Counted from the first letter of the stretch, positions 30,203 through 42,193 are shown. The stretch is 64,000 bases of DNA from an uncultured delta proteobacterium (GCA_963735595.1 CAVTLK010000001.1:192001-256000), one strand, 5' to 3'. A program made the numbers and translations. Notes: generated from the letters alone by a model not told the origin.

Positions 30203-32179
30203 ATGGAAATCAAGAAGGTTGGGGTTATCGGGGGGGGCGCCATGGGGGGAGGAATCGCGTATCTCCTCTCGTCGGTGGGGATCGTGACCGTCGTAAAGGA
30301 TATCGATCAGAAATTCGTTGATAAAGCGCTCGAAAACTGCAAAAAGATCTATGACGGTGGTATCAAGAAGGGGAAGATTACGCAGGAGGCCGCCGATAAG
30401 GGAATGAAGCTGATCACCGGAACGCTGAAGAACGATGAGCTCAAAGACGTCGATCTGATAATCGAGGCGGTCCCTGAAGTAATGGACATCAAAAGAAAGG
30501 TCTTTGCCGATCTCGATGCCGTGTGCCCCGACCATACGATCTTCGCGACCAATACGTCTTCACTTTCCATAGAAGATATTGCCAAGGCAACAAAACGACC
30601 GTCCCAGGTGGTTGGCCTTCACTTTTTCAATCCGGCCAATATCATGAAGTTGGTGGAGGTCATTCATTATCCCGGAACTGCCCCCGAGGTCGTTGACCAG
30701 CTTATGGACTTTTCTGTAAAAATCAGGAAGACGCCCATCGAGGTCGGCAACTGCGCCGGGTTCGCCGTTAATCGTGTCCTGATCCCCTATATGGGAGAGG
30801 CGATGGCGACCCTGCTGGATACGCCCGGGCTGACCACGGCCGATATCGATAAGGCGGCCACGGAGTTCGGAATGCCGATGGGCCCCTTTACGCTCACGGA
30901 TCTCGTCGGGCTGGACGTGGGAACCCACGCGGCCGCCACCCTCGAATCCGCCTACGGCGCACGGTGTGCGGTCTCACCCATCATGAAGGCCATGGTAAAA
31001 GAAGGGCTCCTGGGTCAGAAGAGCAAAAAGGGCTTTTACGATTACGAGAAGGAAGGCGCACCCAACAGTGCCGGGTTCCTCAAAATCCTCGAGGACGAGC
31101 GCAAGAATGCAAAGACGACAAAAGCACCGTTCGACTTCCTGCGGCTATTGCTCGTTCAGATTCGTGAGGCCTTGATGATCGTAGAGGAAGGATTCGCCGA
31201 ACCCTACGATATAGACACCGGCATGGTGCTGGGTACGGGATTCCCGTATAAGGTCGCCTGGGGCCCTCTCCACTACGGCGAGGAGATTATCGGGTGGGAT
31301 AAGATAAAGGCGAAGTTCGATGAATACGCCAAGACCATCGATCCCGTGAAATTCAAGGCGCCGGCGATACTCGACAAGCTGGCCGCGGGAAAGATGCGCC
31401 TGCTCAAGCGCGCCCATTATAAGGTCGATGCCAACGGCGTGGCCGTTATGCAGATAGACAATCCCCCGATGAACGCGCTGGCCGAAAGGACCGTCCGCGA
31501 TATAGACGAGGCCTTCCAAAACGCCTTAAAAGATCCCAAGGTCAAGGTGATCGTCCTCACGGGCGCCGGTTCGGTTTTCGTTGCCGGGGCCGACATCAAG
31601 GAGATCCAGTTCGTAAAGGATAAAAACGAAGGCATCAAACTGACGCGCATGGGTCAGGAGATCCTCAACAAGATCGAAAACTCCCGAAAGCCGGTCATCG
31701 CCGCAATTAACGGCTACTGCCTCGGGGGCGGGCTCGAAATCGCCTCGGCCTGTCATATACGATACGCATCCAGTAAGGCCATGATCGGGGTGCCGGAAAT
31801 CAACCTCGGGATCATCCCCGGCTTTGGGGGTACGCAGCGGGTCCCGCGGCACGTCGGAAAGGCCCGGGGTATCGAGCTGGTGCTCACCGGCCGGTTTATG
31901 ACGGCCCAGGAGGCATACGAATACGGCCTTGTACAGAAGGTCACCTCTCCGGACATGATCCTTCCCGAAGCAAAGGGCCTGGCAACGCAGATAGCAATGA
32001 AGGGACAGGTCGCGATCGCGGCGGCGATGGAGTCTATTACCGAGGGCTTGAAGGTCCCCCAGGACGAGGGGATGAAGATAGAATCAGAGTGTTTCGGCAG
32101 GCTCTGCCTCACCGAGGACAAGAAGGAGGGGATCTCGGCCTTCATAGAAAAGCGGGCGGCCAAGTTTAAAGACAAATAG
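30203..32179 (+). CDS. 3-hydroxyacyl-CoA dehydrogenase/enoyl-CoA hydratase fusion (HAD N-terminal, crotonase C-terminal)
   Basis: GVIGGGAMGGGIA, IIEAVPE, ATNTSSL, GLHFFNPA and PMGPF; then FVAGADIKE, GGGLE and PEINLGIIPGFGGTQR. Confidence 0.93.
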   Translation: MEIKKVGVIGGGAMGGGIAYLLSSVGIVTVVKDIDQKFVDKALENCKKIYDGGIKKGKITQEAADKGMKLITGTLKNDELKDVDLIIEAVPEVMDIKRKVFADLDAVCPDHTIFATNTSSLSIEDIAKATKRPSQVVGLHFFNPANIMKLVEVIHYPGTAPEVVDQLMDFSVKIRKTPIEVGNCAGFAVNRVLIPYMGEAMATLLDTPGLTTADIDKAATEFGMPMGPFTLTDLVGLDVGTHAAATLESAYGARCAVSPIMKAMVKEGLLGQKSKKGFYDYEKEGAPNSAGFLKILEDERKNAKTTKAPFDFLRLLLVQIREALMIVEEGFAEPYDIDTGMVLGTGFPYKVAWGPLHYGEEIIGWDKIKAKFDEYAKTIDPVKFKAPAILDKLAAGKMRLLKRAHYKVDANGVAVMQIDNPPMNALAERTVRDIDEAFQNALKDPKVKVIVLTGAGSVFVAGADIKEIQFVKDKNEGIKLTRMGQEILNKIENSRKPVIAAINGYCLGGGLEIASACHIRYASSKAMIGVPEINLGIIPGFGGTQRVPRHVGKARGIELVLTGRFMTAQEAYEYGLVQKVTSPDMILPEAKGLATQIAMKGQVAIAAAMESITEGLKVPQDEGMKIESECFGRLCLTEDKKEGISAFIEKRAAKFKDK

Positions 32180-32260
32180 ACAATAAAGAAGCAACTATGG
32201 GACTCGGAGAAACCGGGCCCTACGGATAGAGACGTTTAGACTACGAAAGGGGGTGAACCG

Positions 32261-33409
32261 GTGTATTTTGAACTGAACGACGAACAAAAAATGATCCTCG
32301 ATATGACGCGGAAGTTCGCCGAGGAGGAGGTTAAGCCGAAGGCAGAAGAGGTAGATCGTAATCATCAATATCCCGCAGAAAATATCAAGAAAATGGCCGA
32401 CCTCGGGCTTATGGGTATGGTGTTCCCGGAGAAATACGGCGGTGCGGGTATGGACTACGTATCATACTCTATCGCGGTAGAGGAGATATCACGGCACTGC
32501 GCGTCGACCGGCGTTGTTATGAGCGCCCATACATCTCTCTGCAGCGCCCCGATCTACTATTTCGGCACGGAAGACCAAAAACAGAAATTCCTCCCCCCCC
32601 TGGCAAAGGGGGAAAAGATCGGCTGTTTCGGAATGACCGAGGCCAACGCCGGGTCGGATTCCGCCGGGACTCGTACAACCGCCAAGAAGGACGGCGACCA
32701 ATATATCGTTAACGGTACGAAGAACTTCATCACCAACGGGCGTGAGGCCGATATCGCGGTTGTGCTGGTCAGAACAGGTGACGACAAGCACAAGGGCCTT
32801 TCCATGATGATCATGGAAAAGGGTACGCCCGGTTTTTCGGTGGGCAAAGTTGAAGATAAGCTCGGTATCCGCGGCTCGTCGACGGTGGAGCTCGTCTTTG
32901 AAGAGGTGAAAGTGCCGGCGACAAACCTGCTGGGCAAGGAGGGAGAGGGATTCAAGATCGGGATGCACACGCTGGACGGTGGACGAATCGGGATTGCGTC
33001 GCAGGCGCTCGGGATTGCCCGGGGATGTCTTGAGGAGAGCATCAACTTCGGTCAGGCTCGTGAGCAGTTTGGGCAGCCCGTTATCAATTTCCAGGCGCTT
33101 CAATGGATGATTGCCGATATGGCCACTCGAATAGAAGCGTCCAGGCATCTTACCTGGTGTGCGGCTAAGCTGAAATCGACCGGTACCATGCGCTTTTCCA
33201 AGGAAGCGGCAATGGCAAAGCTGTTCGCCTCCGAGACGGCGATGTGGGCGGCCACCAAGGCAATCCAGATTCATGGCGGTTACGGATACACAACAGACTA
33301 TCCGGTAGAGCGCTATTTTCGTGACGCGAAGATTACCGAAATCTACGAAGGAACGTCAGAGGTGCAGCGTCTTGTAATCGCGGCCGGTCTGACGAGGGAT
33401 AAGAAGTAG
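32261..33409 (+). CDS. acyl-CoA dehydrogenase (butyryl-CoA dehydrogenase/AcdA-like)
   Basis: FGMTEANAGSD, NGTKNFITNG, KLGIRGS, REQFG, QIHGGYGY and IYEGTSE. Confidence 0.95.
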   Translation: MYFELNDEQKMILDMTRKFAEEEVKPKAEEVDRNHQYPAENIKKMADLGLMGMVFPEKYGGAGMDYVSYSIAVEEISRHCASTGVVMSAHTSLCSAPIYYFGTEDQKQKFLPPLAKGEKIGCFGMTEANAGSDSAGTRTTAKKDGDQYIVNGTKNFITNGREADIAVVLVRTGDDKHKGLSMMIMEKGTPGFSVGKVEDKLGIRGSSTVELVFEEVKVPATNLLGKEGEGFKIGMHTLDGGRIGIASQALGIARGCLEESINFGQAREQFGQPVINFQALQWMIADMATRIEASRHLTWCAAKLKSTGTMRFSKEAAMAKLFASETAMWAATKAIQIHGGYGYTTDYPVERYFRDAKITEIYEGTSEVQRLVIAAGLTRDKK

Positions 33410-33431
33410 GATACCATTAAGGAGGATAAAA

Positions 33432-34193
33432 GTGAACTCAGCTGTTATTCTAAAGCAGGTTCCCGATACCGAGGCCCAAATTAAGGTAAAACCTGACGGG
33501 ACCGGGATCGTCAAGGAAGGGGTCAAATTCGTGATCAACCCCTATGACGAATTCGGCGTCGAGGAAGCCCTCAAGAAGAAAGAGGCTGCGGGTTCCGGGG
33601 AAGTGACCATTGTCAGCATCGGTCCCGATCGCTCGGTGGAAGCCATCAGGACAGCCCTGGCAATGGGCGCCGATAAGGGCGTTCTCCTGAAGATCGGGGA
33701 GGACGACAATTCCGACGCACTCGCGACCGCCAAGGCGCTGGCCGAAGAGCTCAAAGGCAAGGACAATAAGATCATCTTCTGCGGCAAGCAGGCGATTGAT
33801 GACGACATGGCGCAGGTTGGCCCGATGGTTGCCGAATTGCTGGGGTTGCCGTGCGTAACGGTCGTGACAAAGGTGGACGTTTCCGGCGACAAGGCCGTGT
33901 GCACGAGGGAGATCGAAGGCGGCAAGGAAGTCGTCGAAGTGGCGCTGCCGGCCGTTATTTCGTGCCAGAAAGGCCTCAACGAGCCGCGGTATGCCTCGCT
34001 GCCCGGTATCATGAAGGCCAAGAAGAAGCCGCTGGATATCAAAGACGTGAAGCTGGAAGCGGCCAAGGCGACGATCGTGAAATGGGAGAATCCGCCGCAG
34101 CGGGCGGCAGGACGGATCATCGAAGGGGACGACGCGGCGGCTAAAGCGGCGGCGTTGGTAAAGGCCCTCAGGCAGGAAGCAAAGGTTATCTAA
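33432..34193 (+). CDS. etfB: electron transfer flavoprotein beta subunit
   Basis: [26 protein letters not shown] and [17 protein letters not shown]. Confidence 0.95.
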   Translation: MNSAVILKQVPDTEAQIKVKPDGTGIVKEGVKFVINPYDEFGVEEALKKKEAAGSGEVTIVSIGPDRSVEAIRTALAMGADKGVLLKIGEDDNSDALATAKALAEELKGKDNKIIFCGKQAIDDDMAQVGPMVAELLGLPCVTVVTKVDVSGDKAVCTREIEGGKEVVEVALPAVISCQKGLNEPRYASLPGIMKAKKKPLDIKDVKLEAAKATIVKWENPPQRAAGRIIEGDDAAAKAAALVKALRQEAKVI

Positions 34194-34225
34194 TCCCCCA
34201 GGATAATGAAATAAGGAGAATAGAG

Positions 34226-35203
34226 ATGGCAAAGGAAGTTCTCGTATTTGCCGAGCAGCGGGGGGGCGCCTTAAAAAAGGTCTCCTTCGAAATGGTGAGC
34301 ACGGGACGCAAACTCGCCGATAAGGTCGGCGGGGAATGCGCCGCCGTATTGGTAGGCGACGGCGTTTCGGGCATCGCAGCCGAACTCGGAAAATACGGCG
34401 CCGATAAAGTATACGTTGTTGAAGATCCCAAGCTGAAAGACTACGTTCCCGGACCTGTACGCGCAGGCGGTTGCCGCGGTGGCAAAGGACGCCAAGATAT
34501 TCATCGGCGGCGCCACGGCAATGGGCAAGGATCTCTTCCCCCGGATAGCCGCGCGCCTCGGCACAGCGATGGCCTCCGACTGTGTAAAGCTCGAGGCCGA
34601 CGGCGGCAACCTCGTCGCGTTCCGTCCGGTGTTTGCGGGCAAGGCCTTCGTTACGATCAAGATCATCTTCTGCGCCCGCAGATGGCCACCGGAAGGCCCA
34701 AGGTATTTCCGGCCGACGAAAGCAAAAAAGCCGGCGCGGTTGAAAAGGTGTCGGTATCTTTGGACGCGCCCAAGGCCGTCCTCAAAGAAATTGCACAGGA
34801 TACGAGCGGCCGTGTCGACCTGACCGAGGCCGATATCATCGTATCGGGCGGACGCGGTATGAAAGGGCCGGAAAACTACAATATCATCGAAGAGCTGGTA
34901 GACGCCCTTGGCTCAGCGGCCACGGTAGGTGCGTCGCGCGCGGCGGTAGACGCGGGCTGGCGGCCCCATAGCGATCAGGTTGGACAGACCGGCAAGACCG
35001 TTTCGCCTTCTCTGTATATCGCATGCGGAATATCGGGCGCAATCCAGCACCTTGCCGGTATGGGCTCGTCTAAGTTCATCGTGGCCGTAAATAAGGACGC
35101 CGACGCTCCCATATTTGCGCGGGCCGACTACGGCATTGTCGATGATCTCTTTAAGGTGGTCCCCGAGATCACCAAAGAGGTCAAGAAACTTTTGGCCGAA
35201 TAA
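34226..35203 (+). CDS. etfA: electron transfer flavoprotein alpha subunit (two compensating indels; 34479-34670 reads in an alternative frame)
   Basis: [30 protein letters not shown] and GISGAIQH; the alternative frame gives [21 protein letters not shown]. Confidence 0.92.
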   Translation: MAKEVLVFAEQRGGALKKVSFEMVSTGRKLADKVGGECAAVLVGDGVSGIAAELGKYGADKVYVVEDPKLKDYVPGPVRAGGCRGGKGRQDIHRRRHGNGQGSLPPDSRAPRHSDGLRLCKARGRRRQPRRVPSGVCGQGLRYDQDHLLRPQMATGRPKVFPADESKKAGAVEKVSVSLDAPKAVLKEIAQDTSGRVDLTEADIIVSGGRGMKGPENYNIIEELVDALGSAATVGASRAAVDAGWRPHSDQVGQTGKTVSPSLYIACGISGAIQHLAGMGSSKFIVAVNKDADAPIFARADYGIVDDLFKVVPEITKEVKKLLAE

Positions 35204-35205
35204 CC

Positions 35206-35235
35206 GAAAGGGGGGGATTTTCCCCCCCCTTTTTT
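35206..35235 (+). terminator. terminator-like hairpin between etfA and fadF
   Basis: AAAGGGGGGGA-TTTT-CCCCCCCCTTTTTT. Confidence 0.6.
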
Positions 35236-35248
35236 ATGTGAGTAGGAT

Positions 35249-37484
35249 ATGGACTATCAGATTTCACGCGAAGTGTTTTTTAACCTCGGCGGTCCCCACG
35301 GCGTGGTGCGGCTGATCGTCTATGCGATCGCGCTTCTCGTTATGGCGACGTTTATCTACTTGCTTGTCGAAGAAGATAAAGGTCTGGCGCCTGGGTCAAG
35401 CGGAAATGCGGACGGATAAGATAGTGACCCGGCTCTGGGGGATCGTACAGTTTGTCTTCCTCCAGGTAAAGATCCTCGGGGAGAAACTGCCCGGTATTAC
35501 CCATTTCTTCCTCTTCTGGGGTTTTGGGGTTCTCTTCGTCGGAACCGCCCTGATCGTTATACAGGAAGACTTTACGCTCCTCTTGTTTGACACCAGGTTC
35601 TGGTACGGTACGTTCTATAAGTTTTATTCGTTGGCCCTGGACCTGTTTGGGCTTTTCGCCCTCATCGCAATTATCGTGTTTGCGGTGATTCGATATGTAG
35701 TCAGGCCCAAGCGTCTGGATAACCAGGCGACCGACGCGATTTCCCTTGCCTTGATCTTCCTCATACTCGCTACCGGGTTCGTCAACGAGGGTCTCCGTAT
35801 GGCGGCCACCGAAGTATCCACGAACCCAAAGGTTGCGGCTATGAGCGAGGTGCTGGCGGCGTCCGGTGACGAATTTCTCCGGGAAGCACCGGAGCTGACC
35901 GACGATCAGCTCATTGAGAAGGCCAACAAGAACTCCGCCTTCAAGGATACCCCGGTCACCGAGGATAACGTCTATCTGGTTCGTAACGGCTACTACTATA
36001 ACCCCGAGCTGGCGACGTGGTCTCCGGTTGGGTTGACGCTGGCAAACGTCTTCAACTCGACGATGAGTGAGGCCGGTATCCTGACCTTCCACAAGGTTAA
36101 CTGGTGGGTGCATCTTCTTCTGGCGATGAGCTTCATCGTCTATCTCATGCTCGGCAAGCTCATGCACATCATCACGTCCAGCGTCAATGTCTTCTTCAGG
36201 AAGCTCGAGCCGAAGGGCGCGTTGAAGCCGATCGAAGACATGGAAAACGCGGAATGCTACGGGGTCGCGTACCCGGAGCAGTACACCTGGAAGCTCCTCA
36301 TGGACGGGGATGCGTGCACTCGCTGCGGCCGCTGCCAGGACAACTGCCCCGCGTGGCTTTCCGACAAGCCGTTGTCGCCCAAGAAGATCGTCAACGACAC
36401 CAACGACAACCTTTACGAACGGGCGCCCCAGCTCTTCAAGAAAGTTCCGAGCGAAGAGGTCAAGTCCAAAGCCCTTATCGGTGAGGCGAATGAGCTGGAC
36501 GCCGTTTGGTCGTGCACGACATGCCTAGCGTGCGTCGAAAACTGCCCCGTGGCGATAGACCAGGTGCAGAAGATCAACGAGATGCGGCGGTGCAAGGTCC
36601 TCATGGAAGGGGATATGACAAAGGAGCTGACGGCAGCCCTGCAGAACATGGAAAAGAATTCTAACCCCTACGGGTTTGGTTTCCATGAGCGGGGCAACTG
36701 GGCGGCCGATCTCCCGATAAAGACGCTGGCCGAGGACCCTGACGTCGAATACCTCTACTACGTGGGATGCGCCGGGTCATTTGACGACCGGTATAAGAAA
36801 GTGGCGACGGCCTTCGTCAAGATCATGGAGCAGGCAGGGGTTAAGGTCGGCATGCTCGGCCAGGAAGAGGGATGCTGCGGTGACAGCGCCCGCAGGGCCG
36901 GAAACGAGTATCTCTTCGCGACGCTGGCGCAGGTTAACATCGAGACGTTCAAGAACTATAACGTCAAGAAGATCGTGACGACGTGTCCGCACGGGTATAA
37001 TTGCCTGAAGAACGAATACCCGCAATTCGAGGGCGGAACGTTCGAAGTCTATCACTTCACGGAAGTGGTCCTCGATCTGATCAAACAGGGGCGCATCAAG
37101 CTCAATAAGCCCGTGGATGGGATCAGAGAGGTTGCGTATCACGATTCCTGCTTCCTGGGCCGATACAACGGGCTCTATGATCAGCCGAGACAGATCATCA
37201 AGTCGATCCCTGAGATGAAGGTCGTGGAGTTTACGCGAAACAAGTCAAAGAGCTATTGCTGTGGGGCGGGAGGGGCCCGGATGTGGATGGAGGAAACCCT
37301 CGGCAAGCGCATAAACCATGTCAGGACTCAGGATGCGATAGACAAGGACTACAAAACGCTCAGCACTGCCTGCCCGTTCTGCCTGACGATGCTCTCGGAC
37401 GGCATCAAGGAACTGGGTAAGGGAGAGTCGATGGAGACGTATGACGTCCTTGAACTGGTTATGAAATCCATGGATATAAAGTAA
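35249..37484 (+). CDS. fadF: membrane cytochrome b/Fe-S/CCG oxidoreductase (FadF, DUF224/EMO-type ETF:quinone oxidoreductase); frameshift near 35365
   Basis: True N-terminus MDYQISREVFFN at 35249; TM His residues (THFF, FHK..WVH, LMHI); CTRCGRCQDNCP and CTTCLACVENCP; two CCG domains. Confidence 0.85.
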
Positions 37485-37508
37485 CGGGATAGTCCCGTAT
37501 GTTCAATT

Positions 37509-37541
37509 GCGGCCTTCGGGAAACCGGGGGCCGTTTTTTTT
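37509..37541 (+). terminator. intrinsic terminator ending the fad operon
   Basis: GCGGCCTTCGG-GAAA-CCGGGGGCCGT followed by a T-run. Confidence 0.75.
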
Positions 37542-37648
37542 ACGCCGAGAGTACCCTCGCCGCTAACGTCGATAGGCCGTTTTATCCGAGGGGTATCTGT
37601 AAAACGCGAACGATTAGGCTCATCGGGCGCTCGGGAGAAAAAATCTGA

Positions 37649-37677
37649 TGGACACGCCTTATTGTTGGCGATATAAT
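37649..37677 (+). promoter_or_regulatory. sigma70 promoter for the glp operon
   Basis: TGGACA-17 bp-TATAAT about 55 nt before the glpK ATG. Confidence 0.6.
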
Positions 37678-37733
37678 GAAATATTACATATCAATAACCT
37701 CTTTTATCCATAGACGAGCCTTCGGGGGTATGT

Positions 37734-39222
37734 ATGAAGAAAGAATATATCATGGCAATCGACCAGGGGACGACGGGAAGCCGGGTCTATATTTTCGATG
37801 ATAAGGGCGACGTGGTGGGAAGCGCCTACAAGGAGTTTACCCAGATATATCCGAAACCGGGATGGGTGGAACATAACCCCCTGGAAATATATAAGAGTGT
37901 CCAGGAAACGATGCTGGACTCGTGCGTCCGTGCCGAGATAGAGCTGGGTTCGGTCTTTGCTATCGGGATAACCAACCAGCGCGAAACGACGGTCCTCTGG
38001 GATAAAAAAACCGGTGAGCCGATCCACAACGCCATCGTCTGGCAATGCAGGCGTACGGCCGATATCTGCGACGACCTCAAGAAGAGGGGACATGAAGATC
38101 TCTTTAAGAAAAAGACCGGCCTGGTACTGGATGCCTACTTTTCGGGCACCAAGGTTAAGTGGATTCTCGATTACGTAAAGGGTGCAAGGGATCGGGCGCG
38201 CAAGGGTGAGATTCTGTTTGGAACCATCGACACATGGCTCATGTATAAACTTTCCGGCGGAATAATCCATGCCACCGATTTCACCAACGCCTCACGGACG
38301 CTCCTTTTCAACATCGAACAAAAGAAGTGGGATAGAGAGATTCTTGACATACTGGACATACCGGAGGAGATGCTGCCGGAGGTAAGGGATTCCGCCGGTC
38401 ACTTCGGCAACACGGCATCACAACTCCCGATGGGCCGCGAGGTGCCGATCACCGGGGTGGCCGGAGACCAGCAGGCGGCACTCTTCGGGCAGGGATGCAC
38501 GGCGCCGGGAACAGCAAAAAATACGTATGGTACGGGTTGCTTTCTCCTTTCGATCACGGACGGCTTGGTTCATTCCCATAACGGGCTCTTGACTACCATT
38601 GCCTGCTCGGAAACGGGGAAACCGGTATATGCCCTGGAGGGATCGGTCTTTATCGCCGGGGCAGTGGTGCAATGGCTCCGGGATGAGCTGGGCATGATTA
38701 AGAACTCTGCGGAGACGGAGGAACTGGCCCGCAAGGTGGAAGATACCAACGGCGTCTATATCGTTCCCGCCTTCGTGGGCCTTGGAGCCCCTTATTGGGA
38801 TATGCACGCCCGCGGCGGCATATTAGGGATTACCCGCGGGGCAAACAGGGCTCATATCGTAAGGGCGGCGTTGGAGTCGATTGCCTACCAGGCCAGGGAT
38901 CTGGTTGAGGTAGTCAATGCAGAAAGCGGTAAGAAACTCTCGACACTTATGGTTGACGGTGGCGCCGCGAAGAATGACTTCCTCATGCAGTTTCAGGCCG
39001 ATATGCTGGGCATTCCCGTCGATCGTCCGAAGATGACCGAGACGACGGCGGCGGGGGCGGCATTTCTTGCGGGTCTCGGGTCAAACTTCTGGGGATCGGC
39101 CCAGCGAGCTTAAAAAATGCCGTAAGGTTGAAACGATCTTCAAACCCCGTATGGATAAAGGCAAACGGGACCTGCTCTATTCGGGATGGAAAGAAGCGGT
39201 TAAGAGGGTAAGCACCCGATAG
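37734..39222 (+). CDS. glpK: glycerol kinase, frameshifted near 39100-39130
   Basis: [33 protein letters not shown] and KNTYGTG; tail GWKEAVKRV lies in another frame ending at TAG 39222. Confidence 0.93.
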
Positions 39223-39325
39223 GATGTGATTACCTGTTGGAAATTAACCGGGCACCTGGGCGCTGAAGGGCTGCCGCGCGCGTCACCCTTTTAGGCGCCG
39301 GCAGGACGGGAGCAAGAGGAGACTA

Positions 39326-40914
39326 ATGGATTTTCATACCGAAGCGCTCGTCGTGGGAGGAGGCGCAACCGGCGCCGGCATCGCCCGTGACCTCGTCATG
39401 CGAGGCATCGAGACGATCCTCATCGAGAAGGGGGACCTTGCGGCCGGCGCGACGGGCCGTTGCCATGGCCTCCTCCATTCGGGGGGGCGGTACGCGGTCA
39501 AGGATCAGGAATCGGCCCTCGAGTGTATCGCCGAGAATATGATCGTCAAGCAAATTGCCTCAAAGGCCGTCGAGGACACCGGCGGCCTTTTCGTGGGGAT
39601 GTCCGAAGACGACGAGTCTTATGTGGATCGCTTTGTCTCGGCCTGTTATCGAGTCGGGATTGAGACCGTCAATCTCACCCCGTCACAGGCCAAGCGGATG
39701 GAGCCTAATCTTTCGGATGATGCTACCGTCATTATTCGAGTTCCCGATGCGGCAGTGGACCCGTTCATGCTCACCGTGATGAACGTGGGTGATGCCGAGA
39801 AGCGGGGCGCCAGGATACTTCGCCATACCGAGCTTACCTGTATCATCGTCGAGCGTGGACGCGTTACGGCGGCGCTCGTGCGTGACAATCTGAGCGGGCA
39901 GACTCATCGGATACGAACCCGGTACATCGTAAACGCGACCGGGGCATGGGCGGCACGGGTCGCGCGGCTTGCGGGGGCGAAAATAAACATGACGCTGTCA
40001 AAAGGCAGCCTTCTGGTCTTTAACCGAAGAATAAATAACTGCGTCATCAATCGCCTGCGTCCGCCGGGGGATGGGGATATAATCGTCCCCAATGAACCTA
40101 CTTCCATTATCGGCACGACATCGATTACGGTAAAAGACCCGGAGGACTTCCGTGTGACGGACGATGAAGTCGAGCTGATGATGCGTCAGGCGGGCCTCAT
40201 GCTCCCGGAATCGGCCGAGGCCCGGGTGATCAGGGCTTACGCGGGAATACGCCCCCTGGCGGCGCCGGAGACGGGTTCCGGCCGCGACGTTTCGCGGACC
40301 TTTACGATCATCGACCACAAGAAAACGAGCGACACGTCGGGTTTTCTCTCGATCATCGGAGGGAAGCTCACGACGTACCGGCTCATGGCGGAAAAAATCA
40401 CCGACATTATCGCAGGCGATCTCGGCGTGTCTATCCCGTGTAAAACCGCGTCGACGCCGATCCTGGGGACCGAGCGGCATGAGCACTACAGCCTCGAAGA
40501 CAGGTTCAAGTCAATTGAGATCGTTCAAGGATGACAAACCCTCCGGGAGTCGAAGAGATCGTCTGCGAGTGTGAGCTGGTCAGCAAGCGTGAGATCGTCT
40601 CGGTTGTCAAGGATACCGGCACGAAAGATCTCAATGATATCCGCGTGCGGACGCGGGTGGGGATGGGATCGTGTCAGGGTGGATTCTGCACCTATCGCCT
40701 GCTTGGGATACTGCACGAATTACAGATGGTTCCCGATTACGAGGCAAATGAGATACTGATCGATTTTCTCGAAGGACGGTGGAAAGGGATCAAGCCGATC
40801 CTCTGGGGAGACCAGCTCCGGGAAGAACAGCTCATTGAAGGCATATATATGGGGATTTTCGCCCTCGATAAGGCGGCGATGCGTTCGGTGGCCAAGAAGG
40901 GGAGGTTGAAATGA
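39326..40914 (+). CDS. glpA: anaerobic glycerol-3-phosphate dehydrogenase subunit A (split by indels near 40520-40550)
   Basis: VVGGGATG, GATGRCHGLLHSGGRY, AGIRPL and GGKLTTYRLMAE; C-part CECE..RTRVGMGSCQGGFC..RWKG. Confidence 0.9.
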
Positions 40915-42192
40915 ACTACGATGTCGTAGTTATCGGGGCGGGTCTGTCCGGACTCATGGCGGCGGAGGCGGCGGCACAGCAGAAAAAGAGGGTGCTCGTC
41001 GTCTCTCGGGGTATGGGCATCATCACGATTTTCACCGGGACCATCGACGTTTTCGGGTATTGGCCGATCGACGAGGCGCGGCCCCTGGCTTCCCCGCTCG
41101 CGGGAATCCAGCGGCTGATTCGTAAAGACGCGGAGCACCCGTATACTAAAATGGGTATTGATTCTATACGAAAAGGGATCGCGGCCTTTATCCAGACCGC
41201 CGGGAAAGGCGGCGTCCAGTACGTCGGCGATCTTTCCGAGAACATCCTTATCCCCACGGCGGTGGGAACGGTAAAGCCCACGTGCCTGGTTTCGTCCAGT
41301 ATGGCCGGCGGCGACATGAAGAATGAACGCAACGTGTTGATTTGCGGCTTTTCGGGCCTCAGGGATTTCTATCCGGACTACATGGCCCATAACATATCGA
41401 CGTTCGAGATGGAAGGGCTGACGCTCCCGCGGTTTCGCGCGCGGACCTGACGGTCGACATGGGCGACCGGACGTCGGGTCTCAACTGCCTGACGCTGGCC
41501 GGAAGGCTCGAGGATCAACGGCTGCTCAGGGCAATGACCGAGGAGGTCTATAGTCACGTCGAACAGGGAGAACGGGTAGCCTTTCCGGCGGTTCTCGGTA
41601 TCAGGAACAGCCGGGATATCCATAAAAGGTGGAACAGGCATGCGGCGTCCCCATATTCGAGACGCCGACGCTGCCGCCGTCGGTTCCGGGATACCGGCTG
41701 TATAAGTCACTCGAGGATACCCTCAGGGCAATGGGAGTCCACATGCTCGTCGGGTACGACGTCTACAACCCGAAGACATTCGGAAGGAGAATCGGCGAGA
41801 TCAGTATCGCGATGGGTAAGAGCGAGAAACGGGTTTCGGGACGCGCCTTTATCCTGGCAACGGGAGGGCTTGGTCGGCAAGGGAATCACCGGATCGTATG
41901 ACAGCGCTCAAGGAGTCCGATTTTCGAACTTGCCGGTGGCGGCCCCGAAAAAGAGAACGGACTGGTTCAGAAAGAGACTATTTGATCCGGCGGGCCATCC
42001 GATCAAACAGGGCGGGGATCGTCGTCGACGACCATCTGCGCCCGGTCGACAAAAAAGGAGAGCCGGTCTATGATAACCTGCTGGTGTGCGGAACCCAGCT
42101 CTTTGGCTTTGACGCCCTGAGGGAGAAATCGGGAGGGCGGAGTGGCCGTTTCATCGGGATATAAGGCGGGCGTCGAGGCGTCGAGGATGTAA
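40911..42192 (+). CDS. glpB: anaerobic glycerol-3-phosphate dehydrogenase subunit B, multiple frameshifts
   Basis: YDVVVIGAGLSGL, PTAVGTVKPTCL, FPAVLG, ETPTLPPSVPGYRL, ILATGG and EKSGG across several frames. Confidence 0.85.
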
Positions 42193-42193
42193 C

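Noticed and set aside
40519..40550. Apparent natural split of glpA with an ATGA overlap, or a selenocysteine TGA
   Set aside because: Removing two single-base insertions gives a continuous ..SFKDDKPSGVEEIVCECE.., and read-through of the TGA is out of frame with the C-terminal domain.
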